Assembly (NCBI GenBank): GCA_001782235.1
Contig: MFOC01000007.1
Coordinates: 251,909-315,908 of the forward strand
Reading direction: 5' to 3'
Length of the DNA: 64,000 nucleotides
Source: Candidatus Levybacteria bacterium RIFCSPHIGHO2_02_FULL_40_18
Lineage (GTDB): Bacteria > Patescibacteriota > Microgenomatia > Levybacterales > GWA1-39-11
Below, piece after piece: positions 7,783 to 16,967 of this stretch. The position numbers and the translations under genes are program-made. Below the pieces are notes generated by a model. The model saw nothing but the letters and a program-made list of their open reading frames with translations. It had not been told where the DNA came from and ran no database searches. Position 1 is the first letter of the stretch, and each line of letters opens with the position of its first letter.

Positions 7783-10194
7783 ATGAAAAGATCGTCAAAA
7801 ACGCTTCAAATTAACGGAACAACCTTAACACTTGAAACCGGCGTACTTGCACAACAAGCAACGGCTTCGGTTTTGGGCAGGATGGGAGATACAATGGTGG
7901 TTGCAACCGTTGTAATGGGTCGTGAAGATTCAACTTTAGGATATTTTCCTCTCAGTGTTGAGTATGTAGAAAGGCTTTATGCTGGAGGAAGAATAAAGGG
8001 GAGCCGTTGGGTAAAGCGTGAAGGAAGGCCGTCTGATGAAGCAATTCTAACGGCACGAATGATTGACCGTTCAATTCGCCCGCTTTTCCCAAAAGAACTT
8101 AAAAAGGATGTTCAGGTAGTTATAACCGTATTGTCTGTGGATCAGGAGAATAAACCCGATATATTGGCAGTAAACACTACCGTGGCAGCGCTGGCGATAT
8201 CAAAAATTCCGTGGGGGGGACCGATCGGAGCAACAAGGATAGGATTAGTATCAAAAGGTGAACAGCAGGAATTCATTGTGAATCCGACAGCATCAGAGGA
8301 GGAGCTATTGGAGCTCGATCTTATTGTTTCGTCCCGGCGCGACCGAACAGTTATGCTTGAGGCAGGAGCAAAACAAATAAGAGAGGATTTGGTTGAGCAG
8401 GGTATTAAAATGGCAGGAGAGTGGAACAATAAAATTGTTGACTTAATTGAACAATGGGCTGAAGAGGTTGGGGAGAAAAAGATAGAACTTCCAAAAGATG
8501 AGAAAGCGGAGGAAGCAAGACTTCTAATTGAGAAGTCTTACAAAGACCGTATGCAAAAAATTATTTCGGAGGGTATAACTCGCGAAGTTGCCGGGGTTTT
8601 TGATGAAATTATTGACGAAATTGAGGAGCTTGAAAAAGAAACTATTGAGCCCCGCGAAAAAATTGCCGAAGCCGTAGATTACGTATTCAAAAAGGCTGTT
8701 CGAGACATGATTCTTTCCGAAGGAAAAAGACCGGACGGAAGGAAACTTGATGAGATTCGCCCGGTAACAGCCGCAGTTGGCGTTTTGCCAAGAACACACG
8801 GTTCGGCAATTTTTTCAAGGGGCGAAACTCAATCTTTAACAGTTGCGACACTGGGTCCCTCTTCTTTGGAGCAGCTTATTGAAGGGCCGGAAGGGGAAGA
8901 AACTAAGCGATATATGCACCATTACTCCTTTCCCCCATACTCGGTTGGCGAGGTGGGAAGGCTTGGATCGCCTAACAGACGTGAGGTTGGGCACGGAGCG
9001 CTTGCCGAACGCGCGCTTGAACCTGTTATACCGCCTGTCTCGACATTTCCATATGCAATCCGTGTGGTATCTGAAATTATGTCTTCAAATGGTTCAACAT
9101 CTCAGGCTGCAGTTTGCGGCTCCACATTATCCCTGATGGACGCAGGTGTTCCTTTAGTTGCGCCGGTTGCAGGTATCGCGGTAGGACTAATGACCTCTGG
9201 TGAGAAATATGCTTTACTCACTGACATTATTGGTCTTGAGGATTTTTCAGGAGACATGGACTTTAAAGTTGCGGGGACAGAGAAAGGAATCACGGCAATA
9301 CAGCTTGATGTAAAAATTGAAGGATTAACAGAACAAATGATCTCAGAAACTTTAGTGGTGGCGCGTAAGGCAAGACTTGAAGTTCTTGATAAGATGCTTT
9401 CCGTTATTCCTGAGTCAAGAAAAGATGTTTCAAAATTTGCTCCAAAGATTAAGACCATTCAAATTAATCCTGAAAAAATAGGGGATGTCATAGGATCAGG
9501 GGGCAAGACTATTCGAAACATCTCGACTCAAACTGGCGCAACTGTAGATGTTGAGGAGGATGGGACCGTGTCTATTTCCTCATTGGATGAGGAGGCGGTT
9601 GAGAAGGCTGCTCATTGGGTGGACCTAATCACGCGGGAACTTCAAAAAGGAGAGGTTTTTGAAGGAACGGTTAAAAGAATTGTTAATTTTGGGGCATTTG
9701 TTGAAATAGTTCCGGGCAAAGAAGGGTTGGTACATGTGTCAGAAATGGCACCTGAGTACGTTAAAGATCCGCATGATGTTGTTGAGATAGGTCAAAAAGT
9801 TAAGGTAAACGTAAAAGAAATTGATGACGTAGGGAGGATTAATCTTTCAATGTTGTTCGGCGAAAGACCGGCAAGACCTGAAGGCAGTCCTGAGGGGTCG
9901 GACCGAGCCTTTGGCGAGGGAGACCGGCTGCGAGAGGAGCGAGACAGCGGTGGGAGCCGAACATTTCGACCTCGTGAAGAAAGATTCGAACGAGGCGAAA
10001 GACCGCCAAGAAGGAGCTTCGGAGGTCCGAGATCCTTCGATAGGACTCCCTTCGAAACTCAGGGCAGGCAGGGCAAGCGAGAAGGCGCAAGACCATTCAG
10101 ACCAGGCGGAAGACCATTTAGACGCGGTTCAAGACCTAGCGGTCCCGCGCCGTTTGATTCCCTCCGTCCAGGAGGGACCCGTACCCGAAGATAA
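7783..10194 (+). CDS. pnp: polyribonucleotide nucleotidyltransferase (PNPase) with Arg/Gly-rich C-terminal extension
   Basis: 803 aa with two RNase PH-like domains, KH and S1. A C-terminal ~110-aa RG/RP-rich tail is encoded by a GC-rich segment (9860-10190). Confidence 0.9.
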   Translation: MKRSSKTLQINGTTLTLETGVLAQQATASVLGRMGDTMVVATVVMGREDSTLGYFPLSVEYVERLYAGGRIKGSRWVKREGRPSDEAILTARMIDRSIRPLFPKELKKDVQVVITVLSVDQENKPDILAVNTTVAALAISKIPWGGPIGATRIGLVSKGEQQEFIVNPTASEEELLELDLIVSSRRDRTVMLEAGAKQIREDLVEQGIKMAGEWNNKIVDLIEQWAEEVGEKKIELPKDEKAEEARLLIEKSYKDRMQKIISEGITREVAGVFDEIIDEIEELEKETIEPREKIAEAVDYVFKKAVRDMILSEGKRPDGRKLDEIRPVTAAVGVLPRTHGSAIFSRGETQSLTVATLGPSSLEQLIEGPEGEETKRYMHHYSFPPYSVGEVGRLGSPNRREVGHGALAERALEPVIPPVSTFPYAIRVVSEIMSSNGSTSQAAVCGSTLSLMDAGVPLVAPVAGIAVGLMTSGEKYALLTDIIGLEDFSGDMDFKVAGTEKGITAIQLDVKIEGLTEQMISETLVVARKARLEVLDKMLSVIPESRKDVSKFAPKIKTIQINPEKIGDVIGSGGKTIRNISTQTGATVDVEEDGTVSISSLDEEAVEKAAHWVDLITRELQKGEVFEGTVKRIVNFGAFVEIVPGKEGLVHVSEMAPEYVKDPHDVVEIGQKVKVNVKEIDDVGRINLSMLFGERPARPEGSPEGSDRAFGEGDRLREERDSGGSRTFRPREERFERGERPPRRSFGGPRSFDRTPFETQGRQGKREGARPFRPGGRPFRRGSRPSGPAPFDSLRPGGTRTRR

Positions 10195-10214
10195 CCTGCC
10201 TGCCGGCAGGCAGG
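10195..10214. repeat. 20-nt perfect palindrome CCTGCCTGCCGGCAGGCAGG (copy 2), immediately after the pnp stop
   Basis: Identical to 7198-7217. Possible terminator-like hairpin, but no U-tract follows. Confidence 0.8.
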
Positions 10215-10253
10215 GTCTTGTCCGCCCTAAAATTTTAGTGTTATACTTTTTGT

Positions 10254-11426
10254 ATGGACCCTTCATCACCCCGCCTTGACGGGGCTCCTGTCTTCGATGA
10301 TATTCAGGGCAAGCCCGTGGATAGTTCGTCTGTTGATCAAAACAGTAAATCTTCAGGCGGGGATTTTAGCGTCGATGATCAATTGAAAAAGCTTGAAGAT
10401 TCAATTAATGCCGCATCCATGCCGCAAGATCTTCATGATAAGGCAACTGCAATGCTTAACCGCTTAAAACTCATAAAAAATGATACCGGTTTCTTCATGG
10501 AATATGATTCGATCGGGCGCTATATTGAGTGGATCGTTAATCTACCATGGAACAAGAATTCGCAAGATATTTTGGATTTGGCCCATGCGCGCTCGACTTT
10601 AGATTCAACTCACTACGGACTCGGTGAAGTAAAAGAAAAAATAGAGGAATATTTATCAATCATGATTTTAAAAAACAAGCGAGGTTTAAATACCGCAGAG
10701 CAATTTGCTCGCGCGCCAATAATTTCATTAGTTGGTTTGGTGGGCGTTGGAAAAACAACCATTGCCTACTCAATTGCCGATGCTATTGGTCGCAAAATCG
10801 AGCGTATTCCTTTTGGAGGTATGGGTTCACCGGCGCAGCTTCGGGGAAAAACAAGGCTATTTCCGGATGCCGAGCCTGGACTTGTGGTAAAAGCATTAAG
10901 GCGGGCCGGAACAAATAATCCGGTACTTCTTTTTGATGAAATCGACCGAGTATCGTCTGAGGCCCGCGCAGACATAATGGGAGTACTGGTTGAGCTTTTG
11001 GATCCTGTTCAGAACAAGGCTTTTGTTGATCATTTTATTGATTATCCAGTTGATTTATCGAACGTTTTATTCATTGTTACTTCGAATAATACCAAGGACA
11101 TTTCAACTGCCGTAATTGACAGACTTGAAATTATTCAGATGCCCTCATATACGGATCAGGAAAAAATTACTATTGCCAAAAATTATATGTTCCCAAAAAT
11201 TCTAAAAGAATCGGGCATGACAGAAAAAGATCTCGTAATTGATGATAATGTTTGGGAGACAATTGTGAGGCCTTTAGGTTATGATCCGGGAATAAGAGGA
11301 CTTGAAAGAAATTTGCAGGGATTAGTCAGAAAAGTTGTATATTATATGTTGCTGGGCAAATTGCCTTTTAGTCAAACCTTTCATCTAACGGCGCAAAATG
11401 TCAAAGAGTTCGTGTCGCAATGGTAA
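10254..11426 (+). CDS. Lon-like AAA+ ATPase module lacking the N-terminal substrate-binding and C-terminal S16 peptidase domains
   Basis: LPWNK..DxxHYGL motif. Walker A GLVGVGKTT, Walker B LLFDEIDR and GIRGLER sensor region are collinear with the LonA AAA+ module. The ORF stops before any protease domain. The first 30 codons are GC-rich. Confidence 0.6.
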   Translation: MDPSSPRLDGAPVFDDIQGKPVDSSSVDQNSKSSGGDFSVDDQLKKLEDSINAASMPQDLHDKATAMLNRLKLIKNDTGFFMEYDSIGRYIEWIVNLPWNKNSQDILDLAHARSTLDSTHYGLGEVKEKIEEYLSIMILKNKRGLNTAEQFARAPIISLVGLVGVGKTTIAYSIADAIGRKIERIPFGGMGSPAQLRGKTRLFPDAEPGLVVKALRRAGTNNPVLLFDEIDRVSSEARADIMGVLVELLDPVQNKAFVDHFIDYPVDLSNVLFIVTSNNTKDISTAVIDRLEIIQMPSYTDQEKITIAKNYMFPKILKESGMTEKDLVIDDNVWETIVRPLGYDPGIRGLERNLQGLVRKVVYYMLLGKLPFSQTFHLTAQNVKEFVSQW

Positions 11427-11491
11427 AGTTTAGCTTTTGGCGCTTGGCGTTTAGCTAATAGCTAACAGCCAATGGCTAATGGCAAAATATT

Positions 11492-13162
11492 ATGGATAGT
11501 TTATCTTTTATTTCTTTGGGGGGGGTTGGGGATGTTACAAAAAATATGTCCGTCTATCAATTCGGAAATGAAATACTTCTCGTTGATTGCGGGATAGGGT
11601 TTGTTGACGAATCAATGCCCGGAGTTGATTTGGTTATCCCAAATGTTTCGTATCTGAAAGGCACGAACCCTTCGACAAGCTCAGGGCAAGCTAAAAAAAT
11701 TGTTGGAATGATTCTTACGCACGGGCATGAGGATCATATTGGAGCCTTGCCCTTTATTTTACCGCTCCTTCCTAGCTTTCCAATTTATGCCTCAACATTA
11801 ACTGCCGCACTTGCCAATGAGAAACTCGCAGAATTTGGGGAGAAGAATACTGTCCAGACCGTTCGTTTTGACGATACGGTAAAACTTGGATCATTTTCTG
11901 TTTCTTTTGCCCGTGTTACGCATTCAATAATTGACGCTGCGAATTTATTAATTAGGACTCCCGTTGGGAATTTTTATCATGGGAGCGATTACAAATTCGA
12001 CTTTACGCCGGTTGACGGCCGCGCGAGCGAAATTAGAAAAATTGCAAAATGGGGAGAGGAAGGGATTTTGTGTACTCTCTCAGACTGCTTAGGAGCAGAG
12101 CGACCCGGACATTCAAAATCGGAACTTTCTATAAGTGAGAGTTTTGATGATGAGGTTAGGAAGACTCGCGGGAAAGTGTTTATAACAACCTACTCGTCCA
12201 ATATCTCAAGAATGAATCAGGCAATTGAGATTGCAAGAAAGTACGGAAGAAAAGTTTGTTTTATGGGAAGGTCATTTTTGAAGTCTCGTGATGTTGGGAG
12301 AAAATTAAAATATTTGGATTTACCCATGAAGTCAGAAATAAGACCTCAGGATGTAAGACGAGTTCCCCCCAATCAAGTCCTACTGCTTGTAGCAGGTAGC
12401 CAAGCTCAGATTGAATCGGCACTCGTCCGAATCGCGGAAGATCAAGACAAGGATATTAGAATTCAAAAAGGGGATGCGGTTATTTTTTCTGCAGATCCTA
12501 TCCCTGGCAATGAAGCAAGCATCCACAGCCTAATTGATACAATTTCAAAAAAAGAAGCAAAGGTCGTATACTCTGAGATTACCGACGAATTTCATGTTTC
12601 AGGGCATGGTTCCCAGAATGATTTAAAACTACTACTTTCGTTAACTAATCCAAAATTCGTTCTGCCAATTGGAGGAACTTATCGCCAGATGATTGCCTAT
12701 CGGGAATTGGCTCGAGAGATGGGATACGCAGACGACAGGATACTTTTTGCGGATAACTCTCGAGAGGTTATTTTTTCCCAAAGTGGAGCAAGATTTGGAA
12801 AGCAAATAATTCTTCCCCATGTCTTTGTTGATCAAATATCTGGCGAAACTGTCGAGAAATATGTTGTTATGGATAGGCAAAAAATAGCAGAGGAGGGAGT
12901 AATAATCGTAATTGTTGAGATTGATTCCCAGACAGGGCAGCTAATGGGGAATCCGGACGCAATTATGCGAGGAATGACCTTCCCCGCTAAGGAAGTATTC
13001 TTGAAAAAACTTTCAGACAGTTTAAATAAAGCTTTTTCAGGAAGGCGCGAGCCGGTTACAAACTGGCTGTTTTACAGAAGAACTCTCCAGCAGCGTGCCG
13101 AAGAACTTTTATTCCAAGACCGCCGCGAGCCCCTGGTCGTCCCCGTAGTATTGGAAATCTAG
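11492..13162 (+). CDS. rnj: ribonuclease J (metallo-beta-lactamase / beta-CASP)
   Basis: HGHEDHIGALP motif and an N-terminus typical of RNase J. Confidence 0.8.
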   Translation: MDSLSFISLGGVGDVTKNMSVYQFGNEILLVDCGIGFVDESMPGVDLVIPNVSYLKGTNPSTSSGQAKKIVGMILTHGHEDHIGALPFILPLLPSFPIYASTLTAALANEKLAEFGEKNTVQTVRFDDTVKLGSFSVSFARVTHSIIDAANLLIRTPVGNFYHGSDYKFDFTPVDGRASEIRKIAKWGEEGILCTLSDCLGAERPGHSKSELSISESFDDEVRKTRGKVFITTYSSNISRMNQAIEIARKYGRKVCFMGRSFLKSRDVGRKLKYLDLPMKSEIRPQDVRRVPPNQVLLLVAGSQAQIESALVRIAEDQDKDIRIQKGDAVIFSADPIPGNEASIHSLIDTISKKEAKVVYSEITDEFHVSGHGSQNDLKLLLSLTNPKFVLPIGGTYRQMIAYRELAREMGYADDRILFADNSREVIFSQSGARFGKQIILPHVFVDQISGETVEKYVVMDRQKIAEEGVIIVIVEIDSQTGQLMGNPDAIMRGMTFPAKEVFLKKLSDSLNKAFSGRREPVTNWLFYRRTLQQRAEELLFQDRREPLVVPVVLEI

Positions 13163-13301
13163 CGAAATACTAGTTTGGGTCAAAGGGTATGGTTGGGGCA
13201 GCTTGTATGGTAAGAGGGTGTGGTGTTCGGTAAATTTGACCTAAGACTCAAACCATGCCCATACCGGCAGCCCAACCTTAACCCCAATGCCCCAAGTTTG
13301 T

Positions 13302-13309
13302 TGTATAAT
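13302..13309 (+). promoter_or_regulatory. extended -10 (TG-TATAAT) 6 nt upstream of the ftsK ATG (leaderless transcript likely)
   Basis: TTGTATAATCTTAGTATG. Confidence 0.45.
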
Positions 13310-13315
13310 CTTAGT

Positions 13316-15403
13316 ATGGCAAGACGGCATTATAAGAGAAGGCATATTTTCAAATTAAGGCTTAGAAAAACCACAATTTATACTCTTTTTTCGATTCTCT
13401 CGATTGCCGCGAGCGCAGTTTTATTTGCTTCCTATACGCAAAGTAACGAAATACTTTCTGACATAAACCTTTATTTAACTTCATATTTTGGATGGCTTTC
13501 ATTCCTTATTCCCGTGAACATAATTTTATTCGGTCTGCTCCTGACTCGGATAAGGTCCTCATTCACCCGGGCAAATGTTTTTTTTGGATTTGTACTTTTG
13601 TCTATTGCGCTATCAGGGTTCTTTCAATCAGGTTTTGCCGGGCAACAAATTTTTGAGGTGGCAGTTTCTATTTTCGGAACCGCGCTTTCTATCATATTCT
13701 TTATTGCGGCTATTTTAGTTGGGCTGGTTGTATTTTTGAATCTTTCTCTTTCTCAGGTTTTTGAGGTGGTCACGTCCTCAATTAAAGGTACATTTCTTGT
13801 AGGCAAGAAGCTTGCACCTTTGTTTAAGTCTAAAAAACAGCCTGGCGTATCTGATATGCAGCAGATCACAATTAAAGGGCTCAAAGAGCCTATTCGAGAA
13901 GAACTTCCCAAGCAGCTGCCAAAACCTCTCGGGAAGAAAGAAATGGCGGACGAATTGGTTTTAAACAAGCCTCTTGAAATGGGAGTGTGGGAATATCCGC
14001 CCTTGTCACTTCTTTCGGTGCATGCGGGAAGGCGCGATACGGGAGACGTGAAGCAAATTGCAGGAAAAATTGAAGAGACGCTTCAGTCCTTTGGGATAAA
14101 AGGCCGTGTTTCCGAGGTTAATATAGGGCCTTCTGTTACCCAATATGCCTTAGAGATTGCTCAAGGTACAAGGCTTTCAAAGATTACGGCACTTGCAAAT
14201 GACTTGGCACTCCGAACAGAAGCACCAACCGGTCAAATAAGAATTGAGGCCCCAATTCCCGGACGAAATCTAGTAGGAATAGAAATTCCAAATAGATCTC
14301 TTGAGATCGTCTCCCTTAAGAATATGCTAGCATCAGATCCGATGGAAAAGACAAAATCAAAGCTTTCGGTGCCGTTAGGTCTTGATGTCTCGGGCAATAC
14401 TATTGTTGCCGATATTGCGAGAATGCCGCATGTTTTAATAGCAGGAACAACAGGTTCCGGAAAGTCAGTTTTAATAAATGCAGTAATCTCGACAGTTTTG
14501 TTTCGAGCATCGCCTTCAGAAGTTAAGCTTATACTTATAGATCCAAAAAGGGTAGAATTGACGGCATATTCCGGAATTCCTCACCTTTTAACCCCCGTTG
14601 TTGTTGAAGTAGAAAAAGCAGTTTCGGCTCTGAAATGGGCGATGAAAGAGATGGATCGTCGATATGTTCAGTTTCAAGACTCGGGAGTTAAAAACATTGA
14701 TTCATATAATGAACTTGCGGGATTTCAGGCACTCCCTTATATCGTAATCTTAATTGACGAGCTTGCCGATTTGATGTCTCTTGCCCCGGTTGAAGTTGAG
14801 GATACGGTTGCCCGCTTAGCGCAAATGGCACGTGCCACCGGTATTCATCTGGTTTTGTCAACCCAGCGGCCTTCAGTCGATGTTTTAACAGGTTTAATTA
14901 AGGCTAATATTCCATGCAGAATTTCATTTAATGTGTCATCCATGGTTGACAGCAAAGTTATTATTGATCAGTCGGGTGCCGAGAAACTCTTAGGTCGCGG
15001 AGATATGCTTTACGTTCCGCCTGATCAAGCAAAACCAACTAGAATTCAAGGGACTTTTGTGTCAGAGCAGGATGTAAAGCGCGTTGTAAACTTTATTAAA
15101 TCACGCGGAATTCCGGTCCAGTACACGAGAGATGTAGTAGAACAGCAAGTTAATCTAAAGCGAGGATTTGGCAGGACTAGTGACGGAGGCCGAGATGATC
15201 TTTTTGAACAAGCGGTAAGAATTGTTTGCGCACATGACAGGGCCTCTTCATCACTTCTTCAGAGAAGATTATCTATTGGTTTTAATAGGGCGGCGCGAAT
15301 TCTTGAGCAACTTGAAGAAGCAGGAGTTGTTGGTCCGGGAGAAGGTTCAAAACCAAGAGACGTTTTGATTCGTGATCCCGAGCAATTCCTTGCCCAACAA
15401 TAA
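13316..15403 (+). CDS. ftsK: DNA translocase FtsK/SpoIIIE
   Basis: N-terminal TM helices, Walker A AGTTGSGKSV and a C-terminal gamma winged-helix. Start moved to MARRHYK (13316) because of the adjacent -10. The track start at 13220 is probably an over-extension. Confidence 0.8.
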   Translation: MARRHYKRRHIFKLRLRKTTIYTLFSILSIAASAVLFASYTQSNEILSDINLYLTSYFGWLSFLIPVNIILFGLLLTRIRSSFTRANVFFGFVLLSIALSGFFQSGFAGQQIFEVAVSIFGTALSIIFFIAAILVGLVVFLNLSLSQVFEVVTSSIKGTFLVGKKLAPLFKSKKQPGVSDMQQITIKGLKEPIREELPKQLPKPLGKKEMADELVLNKPLEMGVWEYPPLSLLSVHAGRRDTGDVKQIAGKIEETLQSFGIKGRVSEVNIGPSVTQYALEIAQGTRLSKITALANDLALRTEAPTGQIRIEAPIPGRNLVGIEIPNRSLEIVSLKNMLASDPMEKTKSKLSVPLGLDVSGNTIVADIARMPHVLIAGTTGSGKSVLINAVISTVLFRASPSEVKLILIDPKRVELTAYSGIPHLLTPVVVEVEKAVSALKWAMKEMDRRYVQFQDSGVKNIDSYNELAGFQALPYIVILIDELADLMSLAPVEVEDTVARLAQMARATGIHLVLSTQRPSVDVLTGLIKANIPCRISFNVSSMVDSKVIIDQSGAEKLLGRGDMLYVPPDQAKPTRIQGTFVSEQDVKRVVNFIKSRGIPVQYTRDVVEQQVNLKRGFGRTSDGGRDDLFEQAVRIVCAHDRASSSLLQRRLSIGFNRAARILEQLEEAGVVGPGEGSKPRDVLIRDPEQFLAQQ

Positions 15404-15473
15404 CAAATAGCTAAAATAGCTACATGGCTGCATGGTTTCAAAACCATTCTAACCATTTTAACCATGTAACCAT

Positions 15474-16112
15474 GTGTCTTTTATGAGGAAGGTTAGCGAT
15501 ATATTAAGACAAAAAAGAGAAGAAAAGGAGTTGGATCTTGATACTGTTTCTAGCGATACAAAAATAAAGAAAGAGTTTCTTGCCGCAATCGAAGAAGGTA
15601 ATTTTCAAAAGCTTCCCTCGGGAAGTTATGCGTTGGGTTTTGTTAAAAACTACGCGAAATATCTGGGTATTTATGATTCGTCAATTGCGCCTTTGTTTCG
15701 AAGAGAGTATAAATCATCGCGTAATATTCCAATAGTGCCTGAATTTAGAAAAACTCAACATAAATTTGGCAAAAATTTTTTTTTAAATTCCCGCAGTTTT
15801 CTGATCATAGCCGTAATTTTTGTAATACTGGGATACATATTTTTCCAATATAACTCCATAATTTATTCTCCGCGGCTTTCGGTCACAAAACCTCAGGCAG
15901 GACAAGAAATTACGGGAAATGTTGTTGAGGTTGAGGGTAAAACTAACCCGTACGCAACTGTCTTAATTGATGGAGACGAGGCCTATGTAACACTTTCTGG
16001 GGATTTTAAAAAATCAATTTTTGTTTTCTCAGGCAACAAGAAAATAGAAATTGTCGCAAAAAACCGATTCGGAAAAGAGTCCCGCAAGGAGATCAACATC
16101 AAGGTTAAATAA
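15474..16112 (+). CDS. RodZ-like membrane protein with N-terminal XRE-type HTH
   Basis: N-terminal HTH (FLAAIEEGNFQKLPSGSYALGFVKNYAKYLGI) followed by a TM helix and an extracytoplasmic domain. Confidence 0.55.
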   Translation: MSFMRKVSDILRQKREEKELDLDTVSSDTKIKKEFLAAIEEGNFQKLPSGSYALGFVKNYAKYLGIYDSSIAPLFRREYKSSRNIPIVPEFRKTQHKFGKNFFLNSRSFLIIAVIFVILGYIFFQYNSIIYSPRLSVTKPQAGQEITGNVVEVEGKTNPYATVLIDGDEAYVTLSGDFKKSIFVFSGNKKIEIVAKNRFGKESRKEINIKVK

Positions 16113-16223
16113 GTTATAAGTTTTAAGTTGTAAGATGTAAGTAATTTCTTAAATCATAAATCTTACATCTTAGATACTAACTTCATTCTTGCTTTTAAGC
16201 TTATTTCGTGATAATTTAGTAGC

Positions 16224-16484
16224 ATGGTTGATCCTGTCCAGGCAGTACTACTTGTTGTTATTGTCCTTTTGACCCTCCTCCTTCTTGTTTTAGGTGTTCA
16301 AATCTTTTTTATTTTAAAAGAGCTAAGAAGAACCCTTTCTCACGCGACCCGTGTTCTTGAAAATACGGAAAGCATCACAGAATCGGTCTCAGAACCCATG
16401 TCCTTCTTTTCAGGCCTTCTTTTAAGCGCGAAATCTTTGAAGACAATTTCAAAGATTTTGAGGCGGGCAAAAGATGGGGAATAA
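16224..16484 (+). CDS. small membrane protein (DUF948-like)
   Basis: 86 aa with an N-terminal TM helix and a helical tail. Overlaps the next gene by 11 nt. Confidence 0.4.
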   Translation: MVDPVQAVLLVVIVLLTLLLLVLGVQIFFILKELRRTLSHATRVLENTESITESVSEPMSFFSGLLLSAKSLKTISKILRRAKDGE

Positions 16485-16872
16485 ACATGACAAACACGGC
16501 TTTTACCCCGAGCGGGGTCGGGGGGGCAATGCTTTTTTATGGGGGCTTATAATTGGCGCTCTTCTTACTACTCTTTTAACCACAAAACGCGGAAGACTAA
16601 TCCTTAGAGAATTAACCAATTTAGGATTAGAACTATTTGAGGATTTTGCTGAGGAGAGAACGCGGGCAAGCAATACAAAAGGAAATTCCGAACCGGACAT
16701 AGAGGAGAGCCTTGAGGAGGAATCGGAGGACCTTGCTTCGGAAATTACGGAGGTTGAAACCCCGCCGGAAACACAAACAGAGACAAGATCAAATGGCCAG
16801 CCAAAGGCTGGTCCGCCTCTGGCGGACAATGGCCACAAAAAAAGATTGTTCCGCGGAATCAAGCGCAAATAG
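16474..16872 (+). CDS. YtxH-like membrane protein with acidic low-complexity tail
   Basis: GxxxG-type N-terminal helix (FLWGLIIGALL) and an E/T-rich C-terminus. Confidence 0.4.
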   Translation: MGNKHDKHGFYPERGRGGNAFLWGLIIGALLTTLLTTKRGRLILRELTNLGLELFEDFAEERTRASNTKGNSEPDIEESLEEESEDLASEITEVETPPETQTETRSNGQPKAGPPLADNGHKKRLFRGIKRK

Positions 16873-16967
16873 TTAAAATAGCTGAATAGCTACATGGCTT
16901 TTAACTATTTAACCATCCTAGCCATTTTAGCCATTTATCTTTGTCTTTGGTATAATACCCTCTATCC

